This document shows positions 48,900-60,855 of a stretch of 64,000 bases of DNA, one piece after another. Origin of the DNA: Xylographa opegraphella (Eukaryota); contig JALDZX010000011.1 in assembly GCA_022813865.1 (NCBI GenBank), forward strand, positions 1 through 64,000, in the 5' to 3' direction. The position numbers and the translations under genes are program-made. Position 1 is the first letter of the stretch. Each line of letters starts with the position of its first letter. Under the pieces are notes generated by a model. That model saw only the letters and a program-made list of their open reading frames with translations, did no database searches and was not told the DNA's origin.

Positions 48900-50081
48900 T
48901 CACCGCTTGCCGGGCGCGCTCACGCAGTCACAAACGCCGCGCGCGAGGTGGATGGTTTTGCAGCGGGGACAGGCTTGGCCGGGGTGGATGATGGGGCGGG
49001 GTTCGTGCTCCGGGGCGGTTAGGGATGGGGTTGTGGGTGTGGTTGTGATTGAGGGGGTCAGGGGGTTGGGGTAGGGAAGGACGTGGGGCGATTTTTTGGA
49101 GGGGATGTTGGGCGTCGAAGCTGGCTTTCCAGCGGTGAGTGTAGCGCCAGACCCGAACGCGGTGTGGGGCGTGGGCGGGAGGGGTTGGCTGTTCGTGGGC
49201 TTGTGCACCGGTGGACGAGATGTACTGCCTTTGGCGAAGATGTCGGTGATTGAAGCGGATGTGGATGATCCATCGTTATTGGTGCCGACGGTGGTCGGAG
49301 TCGTGGCGCTGTTGCCAAAGAGTCCCGACAGTGCCGAAAATGTAGATGATGGAATATTGCCCGTGCAAGAGGATGATGGAGCGCCGTTACCAAAGATATC
49401 CGACGGTGAGGCGAACGTAGATGCTCGGGTACCGCTCGTGCTGGCAGCAGGTGGAAGACCAGCGGAGCCTCTTGCTGAAGACCCCGAGCCGAGCAGTAGC
49501 GGGGCGGCTGCAGGCTGGTCCAGACTACCGAAGAGGCCTCCGGTGGGTGGTGCTGGTACAGATGGTGTACAGGTGTTTCCAGCAGGGGCAGAGCCGAACA
49601 GACTGGTCAACGGCAACGCTGCATCGCGCGGGGCAGGTACGTCCTCGGGAGCTGAGTCGTCGAGACGGACAATGAGGCCGTAGCTATCAGATCTAGAGCA
49701 CTCGTCAGTCCGACTCCGGAGTACCAATTTGGTGCTCGACACTGGGGCACTGACAGTGACTTTGTGGAGCGGTAGAGCATAGCTTCGGCAAAAGTGAGGT
49801 TTTTGTATCCGAGAGCAACGGTGGGATGAACGCCCTTGGAATCGTGGAGAACCATGCTGAGAAGACCGACTCCGATTCGAGGCTCTCTCGTGATGCTTGT
49901 CCAGGGATTGAATTCAGGCGGCAAGTTGCTGGTTGGAAGTCAATGAGCTGTGATACACTGTTTGGGAGGTATGATATATGATTCACCTTATCAGCACAGT
50001 CGACCCGGGATTGGATGGATGCTGAGGCTGCAGTGAGGGCTTCGCATCCTCCAGCTTGGGGCGCTTGATTTTCCTGATCAT
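48900..50081 (-). CDS. Orphan gene A: divergent RRM-like domain, FG/GLFG-containing low-complexity region and C-terminal Cys/His cluster; exons 50081-49987, 49928-49755, 49692-48900 (353 aa)
   Basis: Two phase-2 GT-AG introns with branch-like motifs join three frames without stops: ...GSTVLISNLPPEFNPW...VALGYKNLTFAEAMLYRSTKSLSDSYGLIVRL...SLFG...GGLFG...DIFG...SGLFG...AFG...CPRCKTIHLARGVCDC. Confidence 0.68.
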
Positions 50082-50873
50082 TGTGTTATACAAAAGATGA
50101 TGAGAGAGGGCTTTCAAATGCGACATACGAGTCTGTATCAACAGCAGATTCTGCTGGGCGTTTCTCTGAAGGCGTCATGCTGCAATTATAACACACATGT
50201 ACATTGCAAGTAGATAAGGTAAGGTAGGTAGGCAAGATAGAATACACAAAGCTTGCAAATATTGTTGAGACTGAAATGATTCACGTTCGGCGCTAACTTT
50301 ACAGCTCAGCTTGCGTTGCTAAGGAACGGAGTTATGTTGAGCGCGATATGGTCGGAGATTACGTATGAAGACCAAGATTAGCAACATATAGGACTTATTT
50401 CAAAGCGGAATGGACCTCGGTGAATGTGATTAGTTGATGCTCCTGTGGCTCGAGATGCTCTGCGAGGATCTGATATACCATACATCCAGTCGTTTCCCTT
50501 CCTTCTTTTCATCCGATGATACAGACTTAGCAACCTGCATATCAAGCGGCTTTGATAATCAAGATACATTGCTGCTGTGTCATCGATTCTCACGGCATCC
50601 ACAGTCCAATTCATGGGGTAAAGTACATCCCGTCCATTCGTTTGGCACCACCATCCACATGCTTGACTCGATGAGAGGTTATTGAAGTCGTGTGAATACG
50701 GTGTATTGTTGACTAACGATATTCCATCGACGCCATCTCACGAAGGCTTTCAGCTCCGTTCATGACAGCTTGGCGTACTACTCTCGAGCGTTTTGGTGCT
50801 CTCCCATTAGCGTTCCTTCACCCTACGAACTCTGTGTTGTTCGTCTTAGGCATAGATGGTGCATCGTCGGAGG

Positions 50874-52221
50874 CTACTGAGATACCCCGATCCCTCTTAA
50901 CGTGTTGTGGGCAGCGAATTTCCTGTTCAAGGTTACGCCATTTCCGAGGTCGTCACGGTTGATACAGACTATTGGGCGAAATGTGAACTGGGCCCTTGGT
51001 GTTGGTGTTCGAAGCGGAGATCGAGTTCTGATCTGCTTCTCCAAACATGCTTTGAGAACCTGTCCGTCCTTTGTAACCTCATGTTGGGGGCCATTGAAAA
51101 TCACACTGTTCTCAACCATTTGGTCTATGTCAAGTATATAGTGGTCGATAGAATCGTACTTGCCAAACTTCAGATTTTATTCAATGGTCCTAAGGTCCAT
51201 TGGCTTCTCGATGACATCGAAATAGTCAGGGATATTCAGTAGCCTCGCTTGGTTGAAAGAGAGTGGTTGAGCGAAGTATGTCGCTTCTTGTCTTTTGCTT
51301 AGACGTTGAATTCCACTCAAAAGGTATCGTTGCTGAGCCGGAGTGATAGTAGCTGACGTGTGTGCATTTTTTTCAGGCATTGATGATGCAGCTTGGTCAG
51401 TTGACGTTCCAGACGCGGGTGAATTCGACACTCCACTTAAGGATTCGTCTGGGATCTTTGGATTGGCAGGCAGTTCAATTCTGGATTTGCTGTTCATCCT
51501 CCCGGCAGCGCTATCAGGCGGTTCCGGTCTTGCGGAAGTACAGTCAGATAGCGCACTAGTACTCAGTTTCGAGGTCGAAGAACTCGTTTGATCTCTCGGA
51601 TTCAGGGGCCACGAGCTTACGATAAAGCAGTCGTCGTCTGAAGTCTCTAGAGCTGGCGTTCTTCGTGCTTGTGGTAGCTCAGGAGGTAACGTCGCTGATA
51701 CATGGGTAGAGCTGCTCCCTGATTGATCTCGAATTGCTATCGTCGGTTGCGCAACGGAAACTTCAGGAATACTCGGTGTTGGTGAAGTAGTTACAATGGA
51801 GCAGATCATACCATACTTGGTCAACCTAAGATAGACAGCGAGAGATTTAGACTATAACGAACGGTTCATTCAAGGACTGAATTGGAGTCTTACAACGGCT
51901 GTGCGGACCGATACATGAACGCCTCGGCATATGCCATTCCGGAGTATTCGAGAGACGCAAGCTGTAAAGCTTTGTCGCTCTTTATTGCCGGCAAAACGGT
52001 CATACCGACCAGACCTATGGAGAATCGGGTTTCTGCATTGAGGATAACCCAAGCATTCAAATGTGAGGGAATGGACCTTTTACGAAGCGTGAGCAATTGA
52101 TTCCAGCGATACCAACATGTTGATGAAACAAGTCATACTTGACAAGTACGAAAGCCGAAGCTTCGGTCGCCAGTGATTTTGGCAAGACCGCATGATCTTC
52201 ACCACTTAGATTTTGAGCCAT
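50874..52221 (-). pseudogene. Gene B: paralogous RRM-like domain plus bromodomain interrupted by in-frame TAA (51177-51179); exons 52221-52139, 52076-51894, 51825-onward
   Basis: ...AFVLVKSIPSHLNAW...LASLEYSGMAYAEAFMYRSAQPLLTKYGMI... then YFAQPL...LNIPDYFDVIEKPMDLRTIE*NLKFGKYDSIDHYILDIDQMVENSVIFNGPQHEVTKDG, which is a canonical bromodomain. Confidence 0.72.
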
Positions 52222-55144
52222 TTGGCTGCATTAACTTTGGTAAGTAAACTCCGCAGCCGAGGTGGCAGGCCTGGCGTACCTTGCGAGAGCTTCAGCAGGC
52301 GAAAATTCGGTCTTTACGATCACGTTGGTAGCTTCCATTGCGGCAGATGGAAAGCAGAGAAACTTATGGTTGACCTCTAGGCGTGAGAAGATGAATCTAG
52401 GACCGACTCAACAGTAGAGCTTGTGAATTGGTAAACGTTCACTCAAAATTATTTACAACCCAGAAAGCAGCCAGCATACGATAGCTGCTGGACCTGAACG
52501 TCAAGGACGGGGGGAATCTCTCTCTCCTCGAAGGAGCGAACGTTGAGAGGAAAGGAGGAGAATATCATCGCCAGAGAGCTGACGAGTCTCTAAGCGAGGT
52601 GCTGGAGCTTGACCGACCCGATCGGGCATAGTCTAGAATAAGTCAAGATTAATGTAACTATTCACTCTCGTGTGGCCTTTGCCACCACCCAAATACACAG
52701 CTCGAATTTATATCCCGCTTCGGCCGAAAATGGCTGAGTACCTGGGTTACCAGGAGATTCGATCTGTTGGTGACTCCGAAGGCACTCCGTACCGTCAAAT
52801 TGGATCTCTATTCCCGTATCTGGTAGCGGAGGTCAGCCGAAAGGTCAGTCCTGACAGTAACCCCCAGCTACGTATAAAACAAAATACTCGCTCATCCTCT
52901 TGCCTTTCTCTCCGTCAGATCGTCAACGCACGATAGCGCGAATTGCTCCAATATTCTGTTGTTGAAGGTGCAGAGGCAATGATGGTTCGCTTTGAAGCCA
53001 TGGGTAAAGACCCCAGAGGCACGAACATTGAAGATTCGCTCAAAGAATCAGCCACGGTATGTTGTGGCAGGACCACCTGAGTTGCTTCACGTGTCACCTC
53101 TTGCGGAATCGGTCCATATTGATGAGAGCAAGCTGGGAGATGGGCATGCTGCGGCCATCTTGACCTGATCTGTGGACAGCAGGCTGACACCTGTTCATCT
53201 CGACCAACGTATCGTTCCATCATTGGTAGCGGTCCTTTCTTTAATTCAGCCGAGCCTTGCACCGGCCTGGGAGCAGCGTTTCCTATCAGACTTTTATTTC
53301 ATTCTTCGACTTAGCCACACCCAATTCGACATTGCCAGACGGCTGAACATCTTCGGCTCTGCACGGGACATTAGCTCATGAACAAGTTCTCGTCCTCTCG
53401 CCCACAAGTGGTATGGTGCAGAGCTCAGTCGTCAACGCCAGAGGCTTATCGAAGGCTCTAAACAAGAGCCATCGACGACTCGACAGTGCAAGATGTCTCT
53501 ATGGCTCCCCGATCGGCTGGTTTCGAGGCTTCCTCCAGCATAACGCCGGAAGCCCACTTCCACCACCAGACTGGCAGCTCAATTTGGACCAGAGACGAAT
53601 GTGGACCATCAGTCCCTTGAGCGTTGGTGAGAATCGCACCCAATCAGTGGAATATTGGATGTCTCCGGATCATCACAGCGACTTCATCTCCCTCCGTCAT
53701 ACCGCAGGGAGGAGGCAGCGAGTCGGCAGTCTCCAGTAACGGCTGCCACTGTAAGGAAGCTACTCTACCTACTGGTACCACCGGCTGGGCTAAAACCGCC
53801 ACTCAGCCGGTCAGCGAAGACAGTCACACTTTAACATTGCTGTAGCACGCGAGGAGGCTGAGGCTGATCCAGATGTACATGGTAGTCGCAAACAACCTAC
53901 TGTAGGCGGTATGGATCTTCTCCACTGCTGGCGACTGTGACGTCGAACCTAAGCAATAAGCCAACGGACCAAGGACCCAACAGCAATACAGCCAATACAT
54001 TCCGTGGGAAATCAAGTCAGCTGAGTAGAACAGTACCGGTACCAGTACCCAGAGTAGTGCTTGGTACGATGTAGCTATCATGTATCAGGATCTGAGCTGA
54101 TTGCTGCTCATCACCAACCAAGCCAGCATGTTCAAGCATGTTGTGCCTCCCCGCGTCTCGACCAAGCTCCCGAACAGGCATAGTGCGGCCAGCTCGGTTG
54201 CTGCGTCGGAACACGAATGACATCATCTGCAACCGATAAGTTAAGTTAAGTTAAGGCCCGGGTGGCTGATTAAGCATAATCGCTCTTCTGCACACGCAAT
54301 TTTGCAAGCGCTGTTCTTGTGGAAGGTGGACGAAGAGCAGGAGAAAATGGAAAAGGGAAAATGAACATATGGACGGCGATGCAACACACCATCATTATTC
54401 TCAACGCACTTGTTTCTCACCCACCCTTTCGCCGACGACCGCCATTCAGCACGTGGTAAGCACTGGAGCTCTGCAGGGGTGAGCTGCTCCGACTCGAGAT
54501 CTTGATGCAGCATGGATGTAACCTTGCCCACACATGCTCCATGCACACCACACGAGGGCGGATAGAGCTAGATTGCAGTCGCACAGAGATACGTACTAGA
54601 TCGCTCTTCACGAATATCCCATGCCTCCGTATTGAGATGGGACTGCTTTCTCCTCATTCTATCGCCGTGCCGCAACTTAGTGTACAGCTGTGCGGGGCTG
54701 GTATGTTCTGCTGATGGAAGTGCCGAGATAGCGAGAGCCGAGCATGGGAAGGATGCGATGGCGAAAAGATCGTCAGTTGGCAACCGCGGTCGCTCCCGCT
54801 GCGTGGTATCACACCGGTCTCTTGACTCCTCAGCCGTTTCAACTTGGAATCGTGCCGCTAACCACCAGAGAAGTGGGTCGGCGGCTGCGGCGAGGCGGCC
54901 ACCGGCGGCATGCCGATACAGGTGGAGGTGTGCTGAGCTACTGGGGGGATGGTCCATGTTGACCAACGAACAGCCTGGACGCTGACAGAGAGTCCAGTCC
55001 AATGTCAGAGTGGCGTAGTCGGCGACGTACAAGTTCGGTCCTGGGACAAGTCCGCTTCATATATGCTGCCATGCGCCCCACGGCTTCTGTCAGCTTGCGA
55101 TTCCCTCGTCGTCCAGCCGAATCACCAAGTCTCTGGTGCGCAAC

Positions 55145-56764
55145 ATGGCGGACCAGGGACGGATATCTCAGGTCGCGCTGATGGTGAGTCGGGGTCCCGT
55201 CTATCGTACGGGGGCAAAAATGGCTGAATCTGTTGCGAAGGCTGTCACAGGATGCCTCTTTGGAATCGCAATCGTGACAGCGGTCCTCAGTACGATTGTG
55301 CGCCTACGGTTGCGCAATGGCATTGGCCTCGACGACGTCTTCCTGCTCCTGGCTTGCGTCTTTCTCATAGCTTCGACCGTCCTGCTCTTCCTGGTGTCCA
55401 ACGCCCTGTACTTCGAAGAAGCTTTAACCCTCGACCCGGCATCGGTCACCTTCTCCGCCGATTCGTTTGATCAATTGGACTGGTACCAGAAGATGATTTA
55501 CGCATACCTGGATCTGTCACAAACCGCGACCTATTGCGTCAAATTCTCCTTCCTCTTTTTCTTTCGCCTGCTCATCGATCGTCTGAGGTACATGATCATA
55601 TACTGGAGGGTAGTCGTCGTGGTGTCGGTGCTTGCGTGGGCGTATGCGATGTGTACGGCCTTCATAGGCTGTCCGGACTTTGGGCTCGATATCTGTAGGT
55701 ATTGCAGACTCCAGATATGCGATTGGCGGGAAACTAACCGGCTGCTGTTGGATAGCCTGCATTGGCGAAAGTGTTTTTGTCAAAAGTGTGGCATTGTCAG
55801 TCACAACATCGACGTTGGATATCGTCACGGATCTCATGAGTGGGTGACCCGTCTTCTCATATATTGAGAGTTTTACGGTTGACTGACGTGACCAGTCATT
55901 ACGATTCCCGTCCGACTCCTCTGGAAAGTCAGAATAAAACATCGGCAGAAGTTTATCCTGGGATCGACCTTATGCCTCAGCGTCTTTATGATCATCACAT
56001 GCATCATTCAAATGAGCGGACTCGGCGTGTCCGGCACAGCCACCGGACTCGGCACCTCTGGCCAATCCTTCGACGTGGTGTGGCAGGTATTCTGGACCCA
56101 AGTCGAGGCCTCGGTAGCAGTCACGGTGATCTCATTCACCTCCTTTCGGTCCCTGTTCGTCGCCAGCAACGCGTCCCCGAAGAACTCAAAATCCCTCCGC
56201 TGGTACAGCTTCAAGCGCAGCAAGGACAGTCACGAAAAGCCGTTAAAGGGGACCCCAGGTGAGAGTACCACGGCGCAAGACAGCACCGGCCAGCGAACCC
56301 TGCCGGCTGCACACCTCTCCGCCCTCAAGAGCATAGACGACCCTGCTCCGCCAGCGACCGGGTTCGCCGCCCGCCGATGGCCCTCGGACGACAAGCTCAC
56401 GATGCCCAGAGTGCTCGACGCACGCACCCCGACACGGATGCCCAGTCCACCGGCTCGCCGCTTAGAAGATAAATCCCTGCCGCCCACTCCGCCCAGTCCG
56501 CTGAGCGTGGACTCCGCGGCCCGGAGACCGCCTCCGGACGAAGAGTCCCTCGTCGGCTACCCGCTCGCCAACCTGGAGCAGCCGACGCAGCCGTACTACC
56601 AGATGTCGTTCGAGCACGACTACGTAAGTCCTTCCACCCACACAGGCTCTACTCTCCCGCGCTCACGATGCAAACAGGCCCTCGGCGAAACCGCCCACCC
56701 GCCGGGACAGTTTGTGCTCGACCCGCGAGACAGCATCGTGCGACCGGGCTCGCCCGGCTGGTAA
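55145..56764 (+). CDS. PTH11-like integral membrane receptor (fungal rhodopsin-like domain, no CFEM seen); exons approximately 55145-55183, 55241-55694, 55756-55839, 55896-56622, 56678-56764
   Basis: R....IGLDDVFLLLA; YCVKFSFLFFFRLLIDRL; LDIVTDLM.ITIPVRLLWKVRI..RQKF; WQVFWTQVEASVAV..IS..SFRSLF; Pro-rich cytoplasmic tail. Confidence 0.82.
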
Positions 56765-58016
56765 GCCTCGTAGGCGCAGCAGGACCGGCATGTTTTACGC
56801 CCCGTCACTGCGATAGAGTGGAAGCCCACGCGGGGATCTGATCTAGATGTGTGTGTTTTTTGTGCGATGGGTGGGAACTTTGTTCTTTTGCGCGTTGTGA
56901 GTCGCAGGGATCGGCAGACGGGAAGTGCTCCGTACGTCTGGCCTGCCTGTGGGACTTTGGCTGTGAGTTTTGAAGGTTTGGAGTGCGTGGGGTTGAGAGG
57001 AGGGGAGGGGAAGAAAGGGGAGGGGAAGAGCTGTATATAGGCTGCGGTGATGGTGGTGGTGGTATTATGGTCGTTGTGTATATACCCCCTTCTGTATGGT
57101 ACGTATATATATGTGTGTGTATATAAGACATCATATCCTCTACACTCCATCCAACATCGCAGAATATAGAATAGAACAGGATAGAAGGTCCTTCGCCCAT
57201 ATACATATCTCTCTATATATAAATATAAACGAACTCTCGGGTATAGAGAGTAGGCAGTCGATATCTAAGAGCAAGGCTTCGAGAGGGTGAGACGGGACGT
57301 AAAGGGGACGAGTTGTGCGGGATAGAAAACTATTCCTCAAACCTAGTCTACCTTACCTTCGGTGGCAGGTAGACAGGCAGGCAGGCAGGCATGGATGTTT
57401 CGTGGGGGTATGCTCGAGTGCGTTTTTTTCCATCCATCATAACCCACACACACATACCCACATGAACACATATACATGAACACATATACCCACACCCGCA
57501 TAAACACATATACACACCCACTCACCCCGCACCATCTCGAACGCAAGTCCCCGAAGCCAAAAGATTCACAAAAAACGGACGCCGACAGCGGCCCCTACAA
57601 TACATACCACGACGTACCACGAAAACCGCAACCAAAAGCCCCCAAGCCCCCCTAAAAAATGATCAACTCCAGAACACGGACGACGCAGTGTGTGTGCAAT
57701 CATATACTTTAACTTAACATCTAAAGCTACGTACCCGCCGTCACGAGCGATCAAGACAAGGCGGAACAGGATTTGCAAATAAGGTAGAATAGCTAGTGGG
57801 AAAAAGGGGGTGTATATCCAGCCAAAGCGCCTGCCCTCCTCTTCCCTCCTTTCCCCGTACCAAGTCATAGCGTAGCATAGCACAGCAAAAGCATAACTCC
57901 GCCCACACACCCACCCACCCCCTCAAAGCCCAAGAGTGAAATCCCAAGCACTGCCACTAGCGACCACCGCTCTCCCTTCCGCCTTGAAGTGAATCCTTAC
58001 TGCAATGCGAAACAAC

Positions 58017-60265
58017 TCACTTCCTCACAACCCTCAACAGCGGCTCGATGCGCGCCCTCTTACTCAAGCCCACCCGATAGGGCACCTTGCCCGTATTCAG
58101 CGGACTATGCTTGCCCGGCCCTTTACCACTCGCGCCCGCTTTCCTCGGTGTTTCGGGCGGTGCTGCGTTCGAGAGCGTGCCATCTGGCGCGCTTTCTTCG
58201 TTCGACGGGGCTTTGATGATGTTGGCCGAGTTCTGGGTCGTGTCCAAAGCGCCATCGCCATCGTCCGCACGGCTTTGCTGCCGCGCTGCGGTGCGGGGGA
58301 TCGAGGTGGTCTCGTCGTCGTCGTCGATGACAATTTCCTCGCTGATGGCTGACGACTCGTGCGTCTTCTTTCGTTTGCGGGGCGGTTTGGCTGTGGAGGT
58401 TGTGGAGGTTGTGGAGAGCACGTCGGCATCGACGGCGATGTCGATGGGTGGTATGGCTGTCTCGTGAATGACAGCGTTGTCATCATCGGTCGTGGCTTGC
58501 TTTTTGGGTCTACCTCTTTTCTTTTTCAGTCGTTCAGGATCAACAGCCGATGCTGCCTTGTCCACTTCCTCAACGGGAGCATCTGCCATCGCTGACTTCT
58601 TAGCGCAAAGACTGTCCTCGCTGTGTTCTCCTCGTGGCAAGACGTCCAAGTCTGCCTTGTACATCGCTTCATTTCCCACCCTCGTACCTGAAAGACCCAT
58701 GTCAACAGTCTCTTTTGTCGTCGTCAACTCATCACCCTCGGTTTTCCGGCGCTTGTTCCTGGCCTTGACAACCGCCTCCGGCCGCTTCGAGTAATCGATC
58801 GCAAGCACCAAGTCATCCACTGTATGATTGGCTCTTGACCGACTTGGACGAGGCTGATAATTTTCCGCCGGTAGCCCGATGGCAACTTCATCGGATCCAA
58901 GCTCATCCACGTTGTTGATTTCCAGCAATTTTCGTTTCGATGTCTTTTTCTCCACCCTGACAGGAAGATCGTTATCTTTGAGGACAACCACGGAGAGCTC
59001 GTCCTGAGTTCCTGAAGCGCTTCCTTGAGTGCTTGGCAGTCTGCTTGGAATTGTGCTCTTGTGAGATGTCAAGCGTTCTTCAGGTGCAGGTGAACGAGTG
59101 GAGTGGGTCACTGGCTCTTCCATATTCACATCCGCCAGATAATTCAATGCTTCATCAACATGATCCATCGACTGCGTAAGTGCCTCCTTCGATGACTTCC
59201 CAGATATTGTAGGCGACGGCATGCGAGCCGAAGAATCTGTTTGATCAGTCGACGGTAGCTTTTGAGATCGTTCCGCTTCCATTGGTGTATTGGGGATCGT
59301 GCTGGAGACTGAGGCTTTCAGTGAAGCCTGCTGGTCTAATTCATGCTTAGACAGAGCAGGACGCATTGAATTCTCCATCGACGGTAGCGTCAACTGCTCG
59401 AGATACTCACTGGACACAGTAGCCGAGGTTTTCAACGCTGTAAAGTCAACATCGTTTGCACCTCTTGTCGAGCTAAGAAGTGACTCTCGATATTGCTCGT
59501 CGCCGTACCCGTAGTCTGTCTCGGTAACCGCCCCAGCCGTAGTGACGCTTCGCTTCAGCTTTTTCCTACCTGAACCCCCATTTGCAGCCAAGAGATCTGT
59601 CGGCGCGACTGTTGCCCTTCTCTTCTTGTTCTCGTGTGTAAGCCACGGCACATCATCTTCAAACCCGGTCACGACAGCATCAGAAAAGCCATCAGTCCAG
59701 CGACTGTCCACAGCACCACCCCGTAGCGCCGTATCATCCCTCGTCTTCTGACTGCCATACGTCTTCAGCACTTTATTATTCCCCAATCCAAGACTGGAAC
59801 TGGAGCCGAATTCCTCCATTGTCGTTTTCCTCCGCTTCACCTTCTCGATGACCGGGGATGTCCATGACCAACTTGCTCTTTCATCCTGCAACACAGCCTC
59901 CTGTGCGTCTGGCGAGGGCCCGACTAGATCACGATGTGCTTTATGGATTGCCTGACTCAAAAGCTCTATTACAAGGTGCAAATGACACCGTCAGCTGCGA
60001 TGATCCTTCGACGGCCCAGAGCATAGACAAAATCTCGCAGTGCAGTGTCCAGCTTACCTGACGAGCCCGCACCAGAGCTTCCCTTGCCCTCACTCTTCGA
60101 GACCGCACGTGGAGGTGAGGGACTCCCGAAATCGAGATACTCCATACCGTCGTTCTGCGGACGAAGCTCAACCTCGGACCGCGTCTCTAATAGTTTCGCA
60201 GGGCTGGTTTGCGCGTCGACGTCGTCGTCGTCATCGGAATCTTGGACTACGTTCCGGGATGGCAT
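58017..60265 (-). CDS. AT-hook-containing, largely disordered nuclear protein; intron approximately 60057-59966
   Basis: KKKRGRPKK AT-hook; IGLPAENYQPRPSRSR; C-terminal HSPLNTGKVPYRVGLSKRARIEPLLRVVRK. Confidence 0.75.
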
Positions 60266-60359
60266 GCTGATGCATCAGTCTGGATGACCCGGGGAAGCTA
60301 TTGGACTATGCTTTTTGCTCTGCAGTGGTGCTCCTCATGGTGGGATAGAATGGCTGACG

Positions 60360-60371
60360 ACGCGAACGCGT
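60360..60371. promoter_or_regulatory. Tandem MCB-like elements (ACGCGAACGCGT) ~95 bp upstream of the AT-hook gene
   Basis: ACGCGA immediately followed by ACGCGT, the MBF-type G1/S motif. Confidence 0.5.
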
Positions 60372-60855
60372 CTAGGGCTAGCTGGGGCTCAATTGGCCAA
60401 TCAGCTCTTGACATAAAATAGCGAGCTATAGCTTGGCATCGCCCTGCCACACAAACAACGTTTCAATATCTTCTGCACTATCACGCCTACGCCGAATTTG
60501 CAGCCCACGGATAACTTCTGCATTTAATATCAAGGGCGTAAATACGATGAGATGATCTAGTGAGCCAGCACAGGCATTGATCAAGGGCGCACCACCCATT
60601 CCGCCAAAAGGTCCACGAAGCGCGAACATTTCCGATGTCAGAGAAGAAATTTGCTAAAAATGCCTTTTAAAATCTATGTATTATGCCTCGAACGGCCACA
60701 TGCATGCTACGCACCGACACCGCCACGCGGTGTATATCAACAGCCACGGAACCTCCATAGAGCATCCGTGCTATCCCATTCCACAATTCCCCCTCCGCTC
60801 CTTCCTTCACCTCCGCTCCTTCCTTCACCTCCCATTGCCCGCCCACCACCCCTCA

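Noticed and set aside
51852..51893. Shorter 42-nt version of gene B intron 2 implying a frameshift
   Set aside because: The acceptor at 51826 keeps the frame and aligns YG-x-I with gene A, so no frameshift needs to be invoked.
52600..55100. Numerous 60-150-aa ORFs on both strands
   Set aside because: No recognisable motifs or consistent exon chain; treated as intergenic or unresolvable.
60792..60830. 18-bp tandem duplication downstream of KCS1, and (TATGC)n at ~48528-48556
   Set aside because: Ordinary slippage repeats in UTR or intergenic DNA; not CRISPR-like and without spacers.
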